From assembly GCA_965112155.1 (NCBI GenBank), contig OZ218102.1: a stretch of DNA of 64,000 bases, one strand, 5' to 3'. Within the stretch, counting starts at the first letter, position 1. Every line of letters starts with the position of its first letter. Below are positions 61,106 to 64,000 of this stretch, one piece after another. Under the pieces are notes generated by a model. That model saw nothing but the letters and a program-made list of their open reading frames with translations. It searched no databases and had not been told where the DNA came from. A program made the translations under genes and the position numbers. Origin of the DNA: Podarcis liolepis. Its lineage: Eukaryota.

Positions 61106-64000
61106 GTGAGTGGGTCTCTTTCCCTCCTGCTGCACACCTGCACTGGTCTCCCCCGTCGCTCGCTCACTCGCTCACTCGCTCTCCTCTCTCTTCTCTCGCA
61201 TCCGAAAAACAAAACAAAAATAAGCTTACTGGCTCGGAGATGGAGCGTCCCTTCTCTGCCCCTAAGCAACAAATTTACCGGGCAGGCCTTAGGCACGATT
61301 TGTAACTAGTTTAAAGGCATCGATTGGCGTGATTTATAAATAGCTTTGATGGATTGATCTTAGATTTATGGCCCACTAGAGCGCTCATATATATGCCTGG
61401 GATTTGGCGGTAAAAAAAAGAGAGGCCTCCGTAGTAGAGAAGTTTAATCACATTGATTATCATTATTAAATTGGCTGTATTTGACAGCACTGTTATCCCG
61501 AGGTTCTAATGTTGTTGAATCTACAAGGGAAGAAGTAGGCTTTCAACCTCTCGAGCTATTCAAGTATTTCTCCCAGAAATGGAATTGGCATGCTAATAAT
61601 CCGTAGTTTATCCATACTTTGTTCAATGACATTCATAGGAGCTGAGGTCTCCTTCATTTTTATTTTTAAATTGGTGGGGTGATCCAGCCCCAGTACTCAC
61701 GCGAACGAATTTATAAATGATGCATTCCTACTGTAGCTGAATTCCCCCTCCCCCTCACATGGCTATATCTCTCTATATCTCTTAAAACTGTCACAGATAT
61801 ATTTATTTGAAAGGCTATACTAAATGCTACCACTAATAGCAATAATCACCACCACCACCACAATAGTAACTTATAATGTGGTCAGGCGAATAGTGTGTGT
61901 GTGTGTAAAATATAACATTTTGGCCAAATAATTATGTTTATAAAAAGTAATAATAATTCATCTACTACCGAAAGAACAGCCTATTCCAATGTTCAGGTAA
62001 CATTTTAATAACCTCCCCGACTGTTTTCAATAGAATATACAGCACACGTGCGCGTGCCTTTATAAAATAATTTATATACAAATACACATACACATATGCA
62101 TGTTTCCCAGCCCTAGACAGACGGCATTACGTGATACTGATCTGTAACATAAATAATGAAAAGGGGCAGGATCCAGATGCGAATGGCAGGGGAGAGAGTG
62201 GCCGATCAATAATCTGGTCTTGGAAACTACGTCTTCCTTTTGCGCCTCCTTTCGGATCCAGTCTTTTCTCGAATCTCTGGCCTGTAAATGGAGAGATCTG
62301 CGCTGCTATTATACACGAAACAGAATATGTGAGCCGATCAAAACGTATATTAGTTCAGAGGCAGATCCGTTCGAAGGAGAACCGTCACATAAACCGGTGG
62401 CTTTCGGAACATCTCGGGGATTTCCTGCCCCGCTCCCCTCCCACTGCAAACAATGACGGCCATAATATTTCAGTTTTAATTTAAAGAGTGAAACCCGAGC
62501 TTCATCAATAAAATCCCCATTATCTTTCGCTTGGAGAAGGATAGGATTACCCCAAGGGCTGGCAACTTACCTATCTCCCGGGGGGTTGTAAAGTTCAAAC
62601 CAATGACTGTTTGGAGAGCCCCAAACAAGACAGATGGGCAGATAAACACCCGCGCAGTCGGGGTCTTTCCACCGAATAGAGCGCGCCCACCGCGCCGAGG
62701 CCTGCGATCCGCGTTGGGTTTGAGCCTCCAACCCTCCGCCCCGCTTCGGTTTCAGGAGGGTTTCCAGGATGTTGTTATTCCACAGCAGGGAAAACGCCCC
62801 AAGGTGGGGAGGAACCGGGGGTTTCGTTGGAGGAGCGAGGAGAATTCCAGGAGCAAGACCCGTAAGAACTAGTCTTTTATTACAGATGACCCAATAAAAT
62901 ATAGAAATGTAGATGTTATCTTGCATTCCCTCTGCAGCCTTTATTTTATTTTATTACGTATCGCAGCCATGATTTCCAGGCTTCAGTGAGATGGCTGCAG
63001 CACGCGTGGCTCTGTGCCGCTTGCTTTTAGAGCACGATTTTTAAAAAGGTTTTTTTAAAAAGCGCAGTCTGATTTATTCATTTATTTCAAGAGAGCACCT
63101 TGGACTCCTAGGTTTGTTCTTCCGACGAGGCTCCTGCAGCAAGTTAGAGGCCTACCTCTTCCTCTCTCCCCTTGCCTTCCGCTGAAAGCATTCGGGCAAA
63201 ATAGGAAAATTGTTGGCGCTAAACTTGAGGGAAACACGTGTGTGTGGATTGGGAACTGTGCGATAAAATATACGGAGCGTTTGGTGGAATTTATTTTCCT
63301 CGCTTTGCTGTGGAACGCTTCTTTAATATTCATAAGCAGCGCAATAGCATGCACGTTTACTCGGAAGTAAGGCCCGTTATGTACAGTTTCACTAACTGTT
63401 AGGTAAAAAGTGCATAGGATTGCAATCGAATCTAGCCATAAATAAAGATATTTTGAAAGTCTCTTAAAGTCTTCGGATTTGCCACTAAATTATAAATCAG
63501 CGTTCAGATATCCTAGGACGGGGGGGGGGTTACAAACACTAAAATAATCTCATTTCATATTTTTCACCTACCACCTTCCCCTTACTTCCAACTTATTTCC
63601 AGTTCTCCCAATTCAAGCTTACAGTATGTATTTCGCTCCATGCTGCCCCTATAAATGCCTGGAGTATTTTTGTTTGTTTGTAAATTAAAGGAGAAAAAAG
63701 TACATTAGGCCTGAATAGAGAGGTGTTGGAGGATCGCGCTGTTAAGTGTCCTATTTAACAGAATAATTCCCAGTCAAACTTGGAACCAGAGGCAACACTC
63801 CAAAAGGTCCCCGTCCTCAACCCCCAAGTGACTTTTAAATCCTTTTGTTTTCCGCGTCGGAAAGTTTAATGTAAAAATCTTGCCACAGTGGCTTTTGGAA
63901 AACATCTTCCATAGGAAAGACTAATCACAAGGGAGAGGAAAAGTTGAGAAAGCAATCTAAATAGTATTTTGGGGGCTTGCTTGTTTTTGCTCTGTTTTGC
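61106..64000 (+). other. TLX1: TLX1 intron 1 (continues to or past window end)
   Basis: Canonical GTGAGT donor at 61106. No GHPYQNRTPP or homeodomain coding sequence seen before 64000. Confidence 0.85.
61305..61480. promoter_or_regulatory. Candidate intronic HOX/PBX element
   Basis: Clustered TGATTTAT, TGATGGAT, GATTTATGG, ATCGATTGG and TGACAG within ~180 bp. Confidence 0.5.

Larger units (their letters stand above)
51000..64000. promoter_or_regulatory. Extended CpG-rich domain around TLX1 (methylation-valley-like)
   Basis: Sustained CpG retention even in AT-rich stretches, few young TEs; typical of developmental TF loci. Confidence 0.7.

Noticed and set aside
60595-61296. 233-aa antisense ORF over exon 1
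   Set aside because: Shadow ORF of a GC-rich coding exon.
60439-61305. 288-aa single-exon ORF as the TLX1 protein
   Set aside because: It starts at an upstream GTG and reads through the GTGAGT donor into intron 1; homology is confined to 60586-61105.
63955-64000. Splice acceptor for TLX1 exon 2
   Set aside because: A pyrimidine-rich tract ends the window, but the AG and exon are not visible, so it cannot be supported.

Overview
Vertebrate (squamate) genomic DNA. Sauria/Squam-type SINEs point to a lizard, probably a lacertid (inference). The window is mostly intergenic sequence upstream of TLX1 (HOX11). Coding exon 1 of TLX1 lies at 60586-61105 (+), followed by intron 1; the homeobox exons are outside the window. 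The only other protein-derived feature is an RPS16 processed pseudogene (6387-6911) with a 5'TOP leader, polyA signal, TSD and a frameshifting deletion. The rest is transposon relics (5 Sauria SINEs, 6 TA-flanked Tc1/mariner-type MITEs, hAT MITEs, tRNA-Lys/CR1 SINEs, L1/L2/CR1 fragments), microsatellites, two CpG-rich domains and several homeodomain-motif-rich candidate enhancers. The most notable non-coding signal is a family of three short Penelope-like insertions with TSDs. Two carry a minimal type-I hammerhead ribozyme core and two form long perfect hairpins. One sits inside a SINE with intact Pol III boxes, making an shRNA-like cassette. Almost all other ORFs in the track are spurious. 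Repeat family names and enhancer calls come from recognition by eye, not from database searches.
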